A stretch of 63,780 nt of DNA, filler included, from Caldilineae bacterium (GTDB lineage: Bacteria > Chloroflexota > Anaerolineae > DTLA01): the NCBI GenBank assembly GCA_037446815.1. It is 7 parts of 7 records of this genome, joined end to end, with 100 filler letters (N's around TTAATTAATTAA, not from the genome) between each part and the next. Parts side by side here need not be neighbours in the genome. Positions count along the whole stretch, not along the records: positions 28,019 to 37,200 come from JBBIHX010000119.1; positions 37,301 to 46,390 come from JBBIHX010000120.1; 5 more parts are not named here. One strand, given 5' to 3'. The position numbers were made by a program, and so were the translations under genes. Below the pieces are notes generated by a model. The model did no database searches. It was not told where the DNA came from and was given only the letters and a program-made list of their open reading frames with translations. Below, in pieces: positions 29,254-38,649 of the stretch. Each line of letters opens with the position of its first letter. Positions within the stretch are counted from its first letter, which is position 1.

Positions 29254-31467
29254 ATGTCTCTGTTCTATAGCCTGGGTGCTATCGTGGCCATCGGGGCGCT
29301 GGCAGGGCTTGGCGTGTTGGTCGTGGAGCGGCAACGCGGCCGCTGGGCGAACCGCCTGCTGGGGGGCTTTCTCCTGACGGTGGCCGGCTTCCTCGTGTCG
29401 TCCCTCGCGTATCAGTGGATCGCGAGCGGCTCTTCCATCTGGCCGTTCACGGGGCTGACGGTGCGCGACGCAACGGCGTGGATGGATGCGGCATACGTGC
29501 TGTCCACCCTGTTCGCGTCGGTGTTCCCTTCCCTCATCCTGCACTTTGCGCTGGAATTCCCGCGGCGGCACGTGCTGGCGCAAAGCGCGCGGGTGAACCT
29601 GCTGTACCTCCCCGGCGTGGTGCTGTTTCTGCTGGGGATTGCCGGCGGCTCGGATGCCCTGCGGCCATCGCCGAGTGGGTTCGCGTCGGCGTGGCTGTGG
29701 GAGTGGCGCAGCTGGGCGTTGTCCTACTTCCTCCTGGCGCTCGCCATCCTGTTCGCCCGATACCGCCAAGCGTCGGGGCAGGTTGAGCGGCAGCAACTTG
29801 CCCTGGTGTTGCTGGGCCTCGGAGCGCCGTTCCTGGCACTGCCCCTGGGCTGGGTCTCCCCCGCCTGGAATCGGTCGGGGTGGAACCATGTGGCCTGGAC
29901 GTTCACCGCTGTGCTGCTGGCATACGGCATCGCGCGGTACCAGTTGCTGGATGTGCGCGTGGTGATCCGCCGCGCCCTGCTCTACTCGCTGCTCACGGTT
30001 GTGGTGATGGTGGGCTACATCGGCGCGGCGCTGGCCCTCGGCATCCTCACGGCGGGCCTGCCCGACTCCCTGGAACGCGTCCTCAATGCGGTGCTCATTG
30101 TGCTCATCGCCATGCTGGTGTCGCCTACAAAGGACCGATTGCAGGCCCTTGTGGACAGGACCTTCTTCCCCGGAGAGGTGGGACGGGCCGATGTGCTGCA
30201 CCGCTTCAGCCGCGATCTCCACGCGGAACTCTCCGAAGACGGCGTCGCCGAGCGAACGCTGCACTGCATCCTGGAGAACCTGGACGCCCGCGCCGTGTAC
30301 CTGCTGCAGGAGCGCGACGGTATCTTCACCCCGGCATATCACGCCGGCCATCCACCCCCGCGCGCGTTGGAACAGCGATTCGCGCGCGACGATGACCTCA
30401 TCCGCTGCCTCGGCCAACGCCAGGATGCGGTTACCGTGGACCAGATGCACGTGGACCCTCGCTTCGGCCCCGCGTACGTGCGCAGTTGGACGCGGCTGGA
30501 CGCCATGGACGCGGCGCTGTGCGTGCCGCTGCTGGACAGCGAGGGCGCGCTGGTGGGCCTTGTGCTGGTGGCGCGGAAGCGCACGCGGGGTGCCTACAGC
30601 GCGGCCGACGTCCGCTTCGCGCAGGGCGTGTGCAATCAGGCCGCCATCGCGCTGGAGAACGCGCGCTTGCACCGCCAGGCGTCGGAGGCCGAGCGGCTGG
30701 CGGCGCTTGGGCGCATGGCCAGCGCCATCCTCCATGACCTGCGCACGCCCATCGGCGGGATGATGCGCTGCGTGGAGGCGCTGGGGCAACAGGAATTGCC
30801 CCACGACGCGCGCAACCGCCTGGCCGTGTCCACCCTGGAGATGATGAACCGACTGTACCGCATGGCCCAGCAGGTCTTGGACTACTCGCGCGGCGGTTGG
30901 ACGCTGGAGATGAAGGCCGTGCCGCTGGGCGACTTTGTGCGCGGCCTGCTGCCCGTCATCCAAGCGGACGTGGAGGAGCAGGGGATTGAGGTGCGGTTGG
31001 CCCTCGCGTATGAGGGCATCGTTCTGATGGACCCGACCCGCATGTCCCAGGTTGTCTACAACCTCGTGAGCAACGCGCGGGACGCGATGCCCAACGGCGG
31101 CGTTCTGACCATCGGCTCCAGCGCGTCGGACAGCGAGATTTCGCTCAGTGTCGCGGATACGGGGGTGGGCATCCCGCCCGAACGCCTCCAGCGCATCTTT
31201 GAGCCGTTCGTGAGTTACAAGAGCGACCGAGGGGCCGGCCTGGGGCTTGCCATCTCCAGCAAGATCGTGGCCGACCACGGCGGGCGCATCCTGGTGGAGA
31301 GCGCGGTGGGCGTGGGGAGCACGTTTACCGTCGTCCTGTCCCGCCAACATGAAATTCACCGCGGAGACGGAGAAGACACAGAGAACGCAGACTCCTCGGC
31401 GTCCTCCGCGCCTCGGCGGTGCACAGGTCTCACCGCGGAGACAGAGAGGACGCAGAGGAACAAATAG
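29254..31467 (+). CDS. Multi-TM GAF-domain sensor histidine kinase
   Basis: About 8-9 TM helices, GAF (LCVPLL..AAIALENARLH), HDLRTP, NLVSNARDA, DTGVGI, GAGLGL; extended -10 TGCTATAAT at 29206-29214. Confidence 0.92.
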   Translation: MSLFYSLGAIVAIGALAGLGVLVVERQRGRWANRLLGGFLLTVAGFLVSSLAYQWIASGSSIWPFTGLTVRDATAWMDAAYVLSTLFASVFPSLILHFALEFPRRHVLAQSARVNLLYLPGVVLFLLGIAGGSDALRPSPSGFASAWLWEWRSWALSYFLLALAILFARYRQASGQVERQQLALVLLGLGAPFLALPLGWVSPAWNRSGWNHVAWTFTAVLLAYGIARYQLLDVRVVIRRALLYSLLTVVVMVGYIGAALALGILTAGLPDSLERVLNAVLIVLIAMLVSPTKDRLQALVDRTFFPGEVGRADVLHRFSRDLHAELSEDGVAERTLHCILENLDARAVYLLQERDGIFTPAYHAGHPPPRALEQRFARDDDLIRCLGQRQDAVTVDQMHVDPRFGPAYVRSWTRLDAMDAALCVPLLDSEGALVGLVLVARKRTRGAYSAADVRFAQGVCNQAAIALENARLHRQASEAERLAALGRMASAILHDLRTPIGGMMRCVEALGQQELPHDARNRLAVSTLEMMNRLYRMAQQVLDYSRGGWTLEMKAVPLGDFVRGLLPVIQADVEEQGIEVRLALAYEGIVLMDPTRMSQVVYNLVSNARDAMPNGGVLTIGSSASDSEISLSVADTGVGIPPERLQRIFEPFVSYKSDRGAGLGLAISSKIVADHGGRILVESAVGVGSTFTVVLSRQHEIHRGDGEDTENADSSASSAPRRCTGLTAETERTQRNK

Positions 31468-31509
31468 AGTCAAAGTCTCTCTGCGCGCTCTGCGTCTCCG
31501 CGGCGAAAT
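31352..31509. repeat. Two CACCGCGGAG...CTCCGCGG(C/T)G-type palindromic repeats overlapping the kinase 3' end
   Basis: TTCACCGCGGAGACGG... and TCACCGCGGAGACAGAGAGGACGCAGAG...CTCTGCGCGCTCTGCGTCTCCGCGGCGAA; same family at 11156-11188 and 34381-34435. Confidence 0.7.
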
Positions 31510-32490
31510 CTACCCCCGGCGCGGGTGGGGCGGGATGGCCCCGCGGCGCCGCAGCCGCCACCACACGCCCGCAGGGTACCCCGCCATCTTGGCCCAGTCG
31601 CCCACGATGCGAATGACGGGCACCCAAAGGATGGCCTTCACCTTCTCGCGCGCGGGCAGCCCCGCCATTCGCGGCAGGAGCCGCCGGTAGGGCGTGCGGA
31701 ACATCGCGGCAGCCCCCACCAGGTACAGCAGGCACACCGCCGGATGGAACACCAGGCCCGCCAGCGCAATGAGCGGCACGGCGACGAAGTACGTTCCATA
31801 ACGCACTGCCTGCCGCATTCGCCACAGGTCGGCCTTGCCATCGCCGCGCGCGTAGCGGTAGTACTGGCGGGCGAAGGCGCGCAGGCTGGGCCTGGGGCGA
31901 AAGTAGGCGATGGCCCTCGGCGCAAAGGCGAAGGCCCCGTACCGCCCGCGCAGTGCGAAGTCAAAAATCAAATCCTCGCAGTAATCCAGCCATTCGGGAT
32001 AGCCGCCCACCTCTTCCCATGCGCTCCGCAGGAATGCCACCGAGCGGCTGGAAGGCAGGAATCGCTCCGGGCGGATGTCCCCCAGGTCGGGGAGCGTGGT
32101 CGCGCCCAGGGCGATCTCAAACGTCGTCTTCGGGTCAGAGACGAAGAACCCCGCCACCACCGCGGCCTCGCCCCGCTCAATGGGCGCCACAATCTCGGCC
32201 AGCCACTCGGGCACCAGGCGCGTGCCCGCGTCGGTGGACGCGATGATGTCGCCGGTGGCGTGCTGAATCGCGTAGTTGCGGCCCTGCGAGATGTTGGCGC
32301 CGGGCAGGAACAGCAACTTCAGCGGCAGCCGATCCAGGTAGCCGGCCATGATGTCCAGCGTGCCGTCGGTGGAGCCGCCGTCCACGATGACGATTTCGTC
32401 CGGCGGGCGCGTCTGGGCGGCGAGCGAATCCAGCAGCGCGCCGATGCTCTCGCGTTCGTTCAACACCGTGGCGATCACCGATACTGTCAT
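31510..32490 (-). CDS. Family 2 glycosyltransferase
   Basis: VSVIATVLNE, VDGGSTDGT, TDAG, CEDL; C-terminal TM segment. Confidence 0.92.
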   Translation of the reverse strand: MTVSVIATVLNERESIGALLDSLAAQTRPPDEIVIVDGGSTDGTLDIMAGYLDRLPLKLLFLPGANISQGRNYAIQHATGDIIASTDAGTRLVPEWLAEIVAPIERGEAAVVAGFFVSDPKTTFEIALGATTLPDLGDIRPERFLPSSRSVAFLRSAWEEVGGYPEWLDYCEDLIFDFALRGRYGAFAFAPRAIAYFRPRPSLRAFARQYYRYARGDGKADLWRMRQAVRYGTYFVAVPLIALAGLVFHPAVCLLYLVGAAAMFRTPYRRLLPRMAGLPAREKVKAILWVPVIRIVGDWAKMAGYPAGVWWRLRRRGAIPPHPRRG

Positions 32491-32491
32491 C

Positions 32492-34897
32492 TCATCGCAC
32501 CACCTTGAGCGTGCATAGGAACACCGCCTGGCTCCATTTGCCATCGGGCAGGGCGCGCGCCGCGATGTACAAGTCGTACCGGCCTGCGGGAAGGTCGGCG
32601 GGAATCTGCATGAAGCGGTCGTCGCGGACGACTTCGCCCTCCTCCCACCGCGTCGTGGAATACCGGCTCTCGGCAGGCTGGCCAGTGCTGGACAGCGCCG
32701 CCCCTCGGTCGCCGATGGTCATCTCGTAATCCACGCCGGGCGCAGCGGTGGCCCGCCAGAACAGCGTGAGGTGCACCACGTCGCCCGGGCGGATGTCCAC
32801 CTGCTGCCCCTCAAACCCCAGTTTGTGCACATCCACGCCGCCCAGTTCCAGCGGGCCGAACCGCGCGGAAAGGCGCTTCTGCATGGGGATGGCCGACAGC
32901 GGCGGCTGGCGCGGCGGCTTGGACACGCGAATCGGATCCAGCAGCAGATGATCGCCCGCAGCCGCGCCGCCCAGGGTGATGGGCAGGCGCGCGCCATCAC
33001 TCAGGCGGTACATGCCAATCTCCAGCCGATACTCGCCCGGCGGGGTGCCTGGCGGAACGGGCACGCCGTAGTTGTCGGCGATGCGGTCGCCCGCGCGCCA
33101 CGACGAGGTGATGGCCGCGCCGCCTCCGGGCTCCGCGTCGCGCTGGCCCACCACGTGGCCGCCCCCGTCCAACAGGTGCACGAAGACCTTGTACCGCTCG
33201 GATATGGCGTCCAGCGCCTCCCAGAACAGCGTGATTTGCACGATGCCGCCCGAGGCCACGTCCTCGCTCAGCAGGCTGTAGCCGCGCAGCCGAATACGGT
33301 CGCCCAGGCGGGCATCCAGCGGGTGGGCGATGTCGGCCATGGGCTTCTGCGGCGCCGCATAGACAACGAAGCGCACGTTGCCGTACCAGTCATCCGATGC
33401 CTTGAAGGCGTGGCTATCCATCCACGACTCAATGAACCGCTCGGGGTCGCTCTCGTCGGTCGCCCAGAAGATGGCGAAGACGCGCTCCTTGCCCGCCAGC
33501 ATCTGCGCGAGGTCGCGCTCCGTCGCGGCCTTGTCCAGCGGGCGCTGGCGCGGCAGCGGATAGACCGGGCTGGCGCCGCGGTAGTACAAGGTGAACGTCT
33601 CCACCTGGCTAGGCGCGTTGATGAGCACGGCGTCGTTCGGCCCGCCGAATGCCTCAATGTAGCGGGCCATGCCTCGGTAGTCATCGCGAGCATAGGCCGG
33701 GTCAAAGTAGTAGTTTTGTAGCGCCTGGGCCCCCGTGGCGGCCAGCACAACGACGGCCAGCAGCAGCCACAGCCGCGCCCACAGCCGGCCCGTGCGCGCC
33801 GCGGGCCGATTGTGCAGCGGCCACAGCGCCCCCCGCGCGATGAGAATCGCGAACGCGGGCGCGCAGACGAGGAAGAACTTGGGGCGGTAGGCCGGCTTCA
33901 GGAGCGAGAGCGCCCATTGCGCCAGGACGGGCACCGCCAGCCACGCGCCGATCAGCCCCGACCGCAACCACCAGGGCAGGTCGGCGCGGCCGTTCGCCTC
34001 TCGGCGCAGCGGCAGGAGCCCCGCCAGCGCCACCGCCCCCAGCGCCGCCGCCAACACTAGCAGGTCGGCGCGGGACAGGAGCAGGGAGTGCCCCCCGACG
34101 AGCAGCGCGAATGCGTCCTTGACGAAGAAGGCCAGCGAGTGGGGTTCGCTGATGGCGGGCCACTGCGTCATCTGGCGCAGGCCCGTGGGCAGCCACGGCA
34201 GGTACAGGGCGAACGCCGCAACCTGGAGCGCGGCCCATCGCGCCAGCGGCCCGCCGCCGCCTTGTCGCCACAGCCACAAGGCCACATACGCCAGGTTCCA
34301 CACGCCCCACAGGATGGGAAACGAGTAGTGGGTGTACAACCCCATGGCCACGGCCAGCACGTACAGCGCCGCGGGAAAGTTCACCGTGGAGGCGCGGAGA
34401 GTATCTGACGCGGCCCCTCTGCGCCGCTGCGGTGAGATCGCCTCGGCCTGCGCGTACCGAATCAGGGCGTAGGTGCCCAGGCAGACGACGGCGGCCAACA
34501 GCATGTACATGCGCGTCTCCTGGGAATAGTACACCTGGAAGGGCGACAGCGCCGCCAGGAACGCCGCCAGCAGCCCCACCTGCGCGCCGAACAGCGCCTC
34601 GCCGATGAGAAACACGAGCCCCACCGCGGCCACGCCCAGCAGCGCCGACAGCGATCGCAGGGCCGCTTCGCTCACGCCCCACAGGCGCACCCAGAAGTGC
34701 AGCAGCCAATAGTACAGCGGCGGGTGGATGTCGTGGGCCGCGTCGCGGGTGATGGCCGCCAGGTCGCGCAGGGCCAGGGCCGCGCTCGTCCCCTCGTCGT
34801 TCCACAGGCTCTGCGCGCCGATGCCGTAGAAGCGCAGGAATGCCGCCAGCGCCAGAATGAGGACAAGGACGATCCAGATGGCGCGCCGCCGAGTCAT
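32492..34897 (-). CDS. GT-C fold membrane glycosyltransferase (GT39/PMT-like) with two C-terminal extracellular beta domains
   Basis: QSLWNDE, DIHPPLYY, YSQETRMY, YTHY; many TM helices. Confidence 0.88.
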   Translation of the reverse strand: MTRRRAIWIVLVLILALAAFLRFYGIGAQSLWNDEGTSAALALRDLAAITRDAAHDIHPPLYYWLLHFWVRLWGVSEAALRSLSALLGVAAVGLVFLIGEALFGAQVGLLAAFLAALSPFQVYYSQETRMYMLLAAVVCLGTYALIRYAQAEAISPQRRRGAASDTLRASTVNFPAALYVLAVAMGLYTHYSFPILWGVWNLAYVALWLWRQGGGGPLARWAALQVAAFALYLPWLPTGLRQMTQWPAISEPHSLAFFVKDAFALLVGGHSLLLSRADLLVLAAALGAVALAGLLPLRREANGRADLPWWLRSGLIGAWLAVPVLAQWALSLLKPAYRPKFFLVCAPAFAILIARGALWPLHNRPAARTGRLWARLWLLLAVVVLAATGAQALQNYYFDPAYARDDYRGMARYIEAFGGPNDAVLINAPSQVETFTLYYRGASPVYPLPRQRPLDKAATERDLAQMLAGKERVFAIFWATDESDPERFIESWMDSHAFKASDDWYGNVRFVVYAAPQKPMADIAHPLDARLGDRIRLRGYSLLSEDVASGGIVQITLFWEALDAISERYKVFVHLLDGGGHVVGQRDAEPGGGAAITSSWRAGDRIADNYGVPVPPGTPPGEYRLEIGMYRLSDGARLPITLGGAAAGDHLLLDPIRVSKPPRQPPLSAIPMQKRLSARFGPLELGGVDVHKLGFEGQQVDIRPGDVVHLTLFWRATAAPGVDYEMTIGDRGAALSSTGQPAESRYSTTRWEEGEVVRDDRFMQIPADLPAGRYDLYIAARALPDGKWSQAVFLCTLKVVR

Positions 34898-36615
34898 CGC
34901 CGCCTCCCGCCCTGGAAGGGCGCCGACAGGAGCCCCAACGCGCCCACGGCAAGCGCCAGCAGCCCCAGGGCCTTGCGGGCCGCGTAAATTCCTGGACGGT
35001 TCACCACAATCAGCCCGTCCAGGCCTGCGCCGTCGTCCGCGTAGATGGCGACCTCGTGCTCGCCGCCCTGCACGTTGCGCGCCACCGGAACGATGATTCC
35101 GGGCATGTCGGCCTCCGCGCGGAGGTTGATGACCGACTCGTGGCCGTCAACGAAGACGCGGAGCGCGCCCGCCTTCGGCCCCTTGGCCACGACCAAATCC
35201 AGCCCCGTGCCGATGAAGCGGAACCGCACCTGCCCCTCCCCCTGGCTGCGACGATAGCGCCCCAGGACGGCATCCGGGTTGCGCACGTCTTGCCACGCGC
35301 CCGCGTAGGCCAGTGCCCAGTGATCCTCCTGGTGCCAGCCCACGTAGACTTTCGCTGGCTCGGCGGTGAGTTGGCGCATGGCCTCGTACACGGGCATGGG
35401 GGTGAAGTCCGGCTCCACCATGCGAAAGTAGTAGAAGACCTCGCCGGTCTCGGTGTCGGTAGCGCGCTTGAAGAACCAATAGTTCATGACGCCCATCCAG
35501 GGCCATTCGGCCTGGGCGCGGCGATACGCTTCCACCGCGTAGCGCGCCTGCTGCTCGGGCGTAACGCGCCCGTAGATGGCCGGCTTGGGGAAATCGGCGG
35601 GCACGGCATTCCAGCCCACCTCGGTGGCCCAGATGGGCTTGTCGGCGTCGCCGTTGCGCACCATGATTTCGCGGATGAGTTGGGGGCGGGCGAAGTTGGT
35701 GCGGTCGGGCGTGGCGCGGCGGTCGGTCGGGCCGGTCCACAGCCCGTAGGCCATGACGCCCATGATGTCAAAGTAGCCGCGCGCGCCCGCATCGTACATG
35801 CGCTGCAGGTACACCAGGTCGTTCATGTTGCGCCCGCCGGGTTCCAGCGTCTGGGCCAGCCCCGCGCAGAGGATGACGCACTCGGGGTCGGCGGCCTTGG
35901 CGCGGGTGTAGGCCACCTTCAGCAGCGCGACGTACCCCTCGGGGTCCACCGGCTGCTCCCCCCACTCCGGATAGATGTTCGGCTCGTTCCAAATCTGATA
36001 GTAGCGGATGCGGCCTTTGTAGCGGGTTACGACGGCTTCCACGAAGTCGCCGAAGTCGTCCAAGTTGTCGGGCGGGGCCAGGGTGCCGCGGGCGTCGCCA
36101 TCGGCGCGGGACCAGGCGGGCGGGTTGTCCAGTCGCGCGATGATCTCCAGGCCGTACCTCTCGGCCAGTTCCACGATGCGGTCGTACTTCTCCCACGCCG
36201 AGCGCGGCGGCTCGTTGCGGCGGTCGGTGAAGTCGCCTTTGCCGTGAATCTCAATGTCCTCCCACGGGAACTCCTGCCGAATCCAGTGGAAGCCGGCGTC
36301 GCGAATCATGCGAATCGCCTGCTCCACCTTGGCAGGCTCCACCTCCTGCTCCAGGAAGGTGTTGACGCCGTAGGGGTTCACGCCCGCGTGGGCGACGGGG
36401 GTCATGGGCGCGGTTTGCAGGGGCGGGCGGGTGAGTTGGATGAGCGCCCAGGCCACCGTGCCCTTGATCTGCTCGCGCAGGTCTTCCTCGCCGGTGAGGC
36501 CGTACATGGCCGCGCGCATGGAGTTGCGGCCCATGTACGCCCCCGCGCCCAGGAGCACGGCGAGGGCAACGAGGGCAAGGGCCCAGGCGAGACCGCGTCT
36601 AGAGCGTCTTCGCAA
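34894..36615 (-). CDS. Membrane-anchored GH-A clan (GH5/GH39-like) glycoside hydrolase
   Basis: WIRQEFPW, QIWNEPN (acid/base), IWATEVGW (nucleophile); N- and C-terminal TM helices. Confidence 0.88.
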   Translation of the reverse strand: MRRRSRRGLAWALALVALAVLLGAGAYMGRNSMRAAMYGLTGEEDLREQIKGTVAWALIQLTRPPLQTAPMTPVAHAGVNPYGVNTFLEQEVEPAKVEQAIRMIRDAGFHWIRQEFPWEDIEIHGKGDFTDRRNEPPRSAWEKYDRIVELAERYGLEIIARLDNPPAWSRADGDARGTLAPPDNLDDFGDFVEAVVTRYKGRIRYYQIWNEPNIYPEWGEQPVDPEGYVALLKVAYTRAKAADPECVILCAGLAQTLEPGGRNMNDLVYLQRMYDAGARGYFDIMGVMAYGLWTGPTDRRATPDRTNFARPQLIREIMVRNGDADKPIWATEVGWNAVPADFPKPAIYGRVTPEQQARYAVEAYRRAQAEWPWMGVMNYWFFKRATDTETGEVFYYFRMVEPDFTPMPVYEAMRQLTAEPAKVYVGWHQEDHWALAYAGAWQDVRNPDAVLGRYRRSQGEGQVRFRFIGTGLDLVVAKGPKAGALRVFVDGHESVINLRAEADMPGIIVPVARNVQGGEHEVAIYADDGAGLDGLIVVNRPGIYAARKALGLLALAVGALGLLSAPFQGGRRR

Positions 36616-36644
36616 GCGTCCCCTCCACAGTAGGCGTTTTGCAG

Positions 36645-36673
36645 ATTATACGTTGGCTGCGGGCCTGTGCCAA
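36645..36673 (-). promoter_or_regulatory. sigma70 promoter
   Basis: TTGGCA-N17-TATAAT on minus strand, 14 bp from a MITE-like end at 36688. Confidence 0.65.
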
Positions 36674-36687
36674 ACGCCCCCGCGCGG

Positions 36688-37200
36688 GATTCGGTTTCAC
36701 GGTTGTTGGTGCCCACTGTCATCTGAGCCGCGAAGCGGCGAAGAATCTCGCTGCCCGCAGGCGCGGCGGGGCCACCCCCCGTGCGGGGCTAAAGCCGCCG
36801 CGCTACGAGCGGAAGCCCCTTTGTGGCTAACCCCAGCCCGCAGGGCTTTATGCGCTCAGCCCGATGCTTTAGCGTCGGGCGGCCACGCCACACCTCGCCC
36901 TGCCCCCATCCGCGCCATCCGTGGTGTACGGGGGACCGGCCGGTCGTCCGTACAGGCGCGGCGGGGGACATCTCCCCCGTGGGACAACGTGCGACGCACC
37001 TCCGAGGTGCGTCGCACGTACTCTCCGCGCGGGGCCAAAGCCACCGCGCTACGAGCGGAAGCCCCTTCGGGGCTGTTCTGCGTTCGCGTGGATTCGCGGC
37101 TCTGGTGCTGTCATTCTGAGCCGCGGAGCGCCGGGAGCAATCTCCCCCTCACCCCAGCCCTCTCCCGATGGGCGAGGGAGCGGCGCCTCATCGCGGGCGC
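36688..37200. repeat. Dense mosaic of palindromic repeat modules beginning with a MITE-like terminus
   Basis: GATTCGGTTTCACGGTTGTTGG end, two CGTC half-modules, two GGGGC(T/C)AAAGCC.CCGCGCTACGAGCGGAAGCCCC copies, ACGTGCGACGCACC palindrome, CCCTCACCCCAGCCCTCTCCC module. Confidence 0.75.
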
Positions 37201-37300
37201 NNNNNNNNNNNNNNNNNNNNNNNNNNNNNNNNNNNNNNNNNNNNTTAATTAATTAANNNNNNNNNNNNNNNNNNNNNNNNNNNNNNNNNNNNNNNNNNNN
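37201..37300. other. Artificial contig linker
   Basis: N-run with TTAATTAATTAA. Confidence 0.97.
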
Positions 37301-37355
37301 ACGACACACGAGGAGAGTGTCCATGCGTTTCACCAACACAAGATGGAACCGAGTC
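37301..37355. mobile_element. MITE right end at contig start
   Basis: ...GCGTTTCACCAACACAAGATGGAACCGAGTC. Confidence 0.8.
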
Positions 37356-37371
37356 CAGACCCCCGCTGCAT

Positions 37372-37400
37372 TTGCCAAAGGCGCTGGGCTATGCTAGAAT
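37372..37400 (+). promoter_or_regulatory. sigma70 promoter of htrA
   Basis: TTGCCA-N17-TAGAAT with TGn extension, 16 bp after the MITE end. Confidence 0.65.
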
Positions 37401-37429
37401 ACCGCCTACCACTAGGAGGGTAAGGGGTA

Positions 37430-38596
37430 ATGACCCGTGAGCGTTCCGGGTGCTGGACGCTGACGCTGGCGATCGTTTTCTCGCTGATATTCGGCACCAT
37501 AGCCGGCGGGCTGGCCGGGTTTGGCGTGGCCCGCTGGATGGCCGCGCGCGCCGTTGTGCCCCCGCCAACGCCCACGGCCCAGGTCGCTCAGCAGCCCACC
37601 CCCGCCCCCGCCTCGCCCTCGCCCGGTGTCCTCACGCTCCAGGAAGAATCGGCCACAACGCAGGTGGTGGCGAAAGTGGGGCCTTCGGTCGTTACCGTCG
37701 TCAACCTCAAGACGCCGCAATGGGATTTCTTCGGCAACCTGCGCCAGCCGCAATCGTTGGGCAGCGGCGTTGTCCTGGCGCCCGACGGATATGTGGTTAC
37801 CAACAATCACGTGGTGGAAGGCAACGCCTCGCTCAGCATCATCACCTCCAATGGGAAGAAGTACGATGCCGAACTGGTGGGCGCGGACGAGTTGAGCGAC
37901 CTGGCGGTGTTGCGCATCCTGGGCGATCCGGGCCTGCCCATGGCCGAACTGGGCGACTCGGACATGCTCGTGCAGGGGCAGCGTGTGGTCGCCATCGGTA
38001 GCGCGCTGGGCGAGTTCAAGAACACGGTTACGGTCGGCGTCGTCAGCGGACTGGACCGTTCCATAGACATGGGCGAAGGGTTCCGCATGGAGGGCCTCAT
38101 CCAGACCGACGCGGCCATCAACCACGGCAATAGCGGCGGGCCGCTGGTGAACCTCCAGGGCCAGGTCATCGGCATCAACACCCTCATCATCCGCGGCGAC
38201 GGCACCACCCTGGACGTGGCCGAGGGCCTAGGGTTCGCCATCCCTAGCAACACCGTTCGCGTCGTAACCGCGCAACTCATCCAGTACGGCTACGTGCGCA
38301 GGCCATACCTGGGCATTAGCCACGTGGAACTGACGCCCGGCATGGCGACCTACTACGGGCTGTCGGTTACCGAGGGGACGCTGGTTGTGCGCGTCGTGCG
38401 CGGGTCGCCGGCGGAACAGGCGGGCCTGAAGCCCGGCGACGTGCTCCTGGCGATCAATGACGAGGCGTTGGACGAGGAGCATCCCTTCGTCAACGTCCTG
38501 TTGCACCATCAGCCCGGCGAAACGGTTACGCTCCGCGTGAACCGATACGGGCAGGACCTCACCCTGCAAGCGACGCTGGGCGAGAGTCCGCGATAG
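37430..38596 (+). CDS. HtrA/DegP-family serine protease with one PDZ domain
   Basis: N-terminal TM; TNNHVV, DLAVL, IQTDAAINHGNSGGPL; PDZ. Confidence 0.95.
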   Translation: MTRERSGCWTLTLAIVFSLIFGTIAGGLAGFGVARWMAARAVVPPPTPTAQVAQQPTPAPASPSPGVLTLQEESATTQVVAKVGPSVVTVVNLKTPQWDFFGNLRQPQSLGSGVVLAPDGYVVTNNHVVEGNASLSIITSNGKKYDAELVGADELSDLAVLRILGDPGLPMAELGDSDMLVQGQRVVAIGSALGEFKNTVTVGVVSGLDRSIDMGEGFRMEGLIQTDAAINHGNSGGPLVNLQGQVIGINTLIIRGDGTTLDVAEGLGFAIPSNTVRVVTAQLIQYGYVRRPYLGISHVELTPGMATYYGLSVTEGTLVVRVVRGSPAEQAGLKPGDVLLAINDEALDEEHPFVNVLLHHQPGETVTLRVNRYGQDLTLQATLGESPR

Positions 38597-38649
38597 TCGC
38601 TGAACGCAGAACAACCGCATCACCACACCGAAAGAGGAGTACAGAAGAC

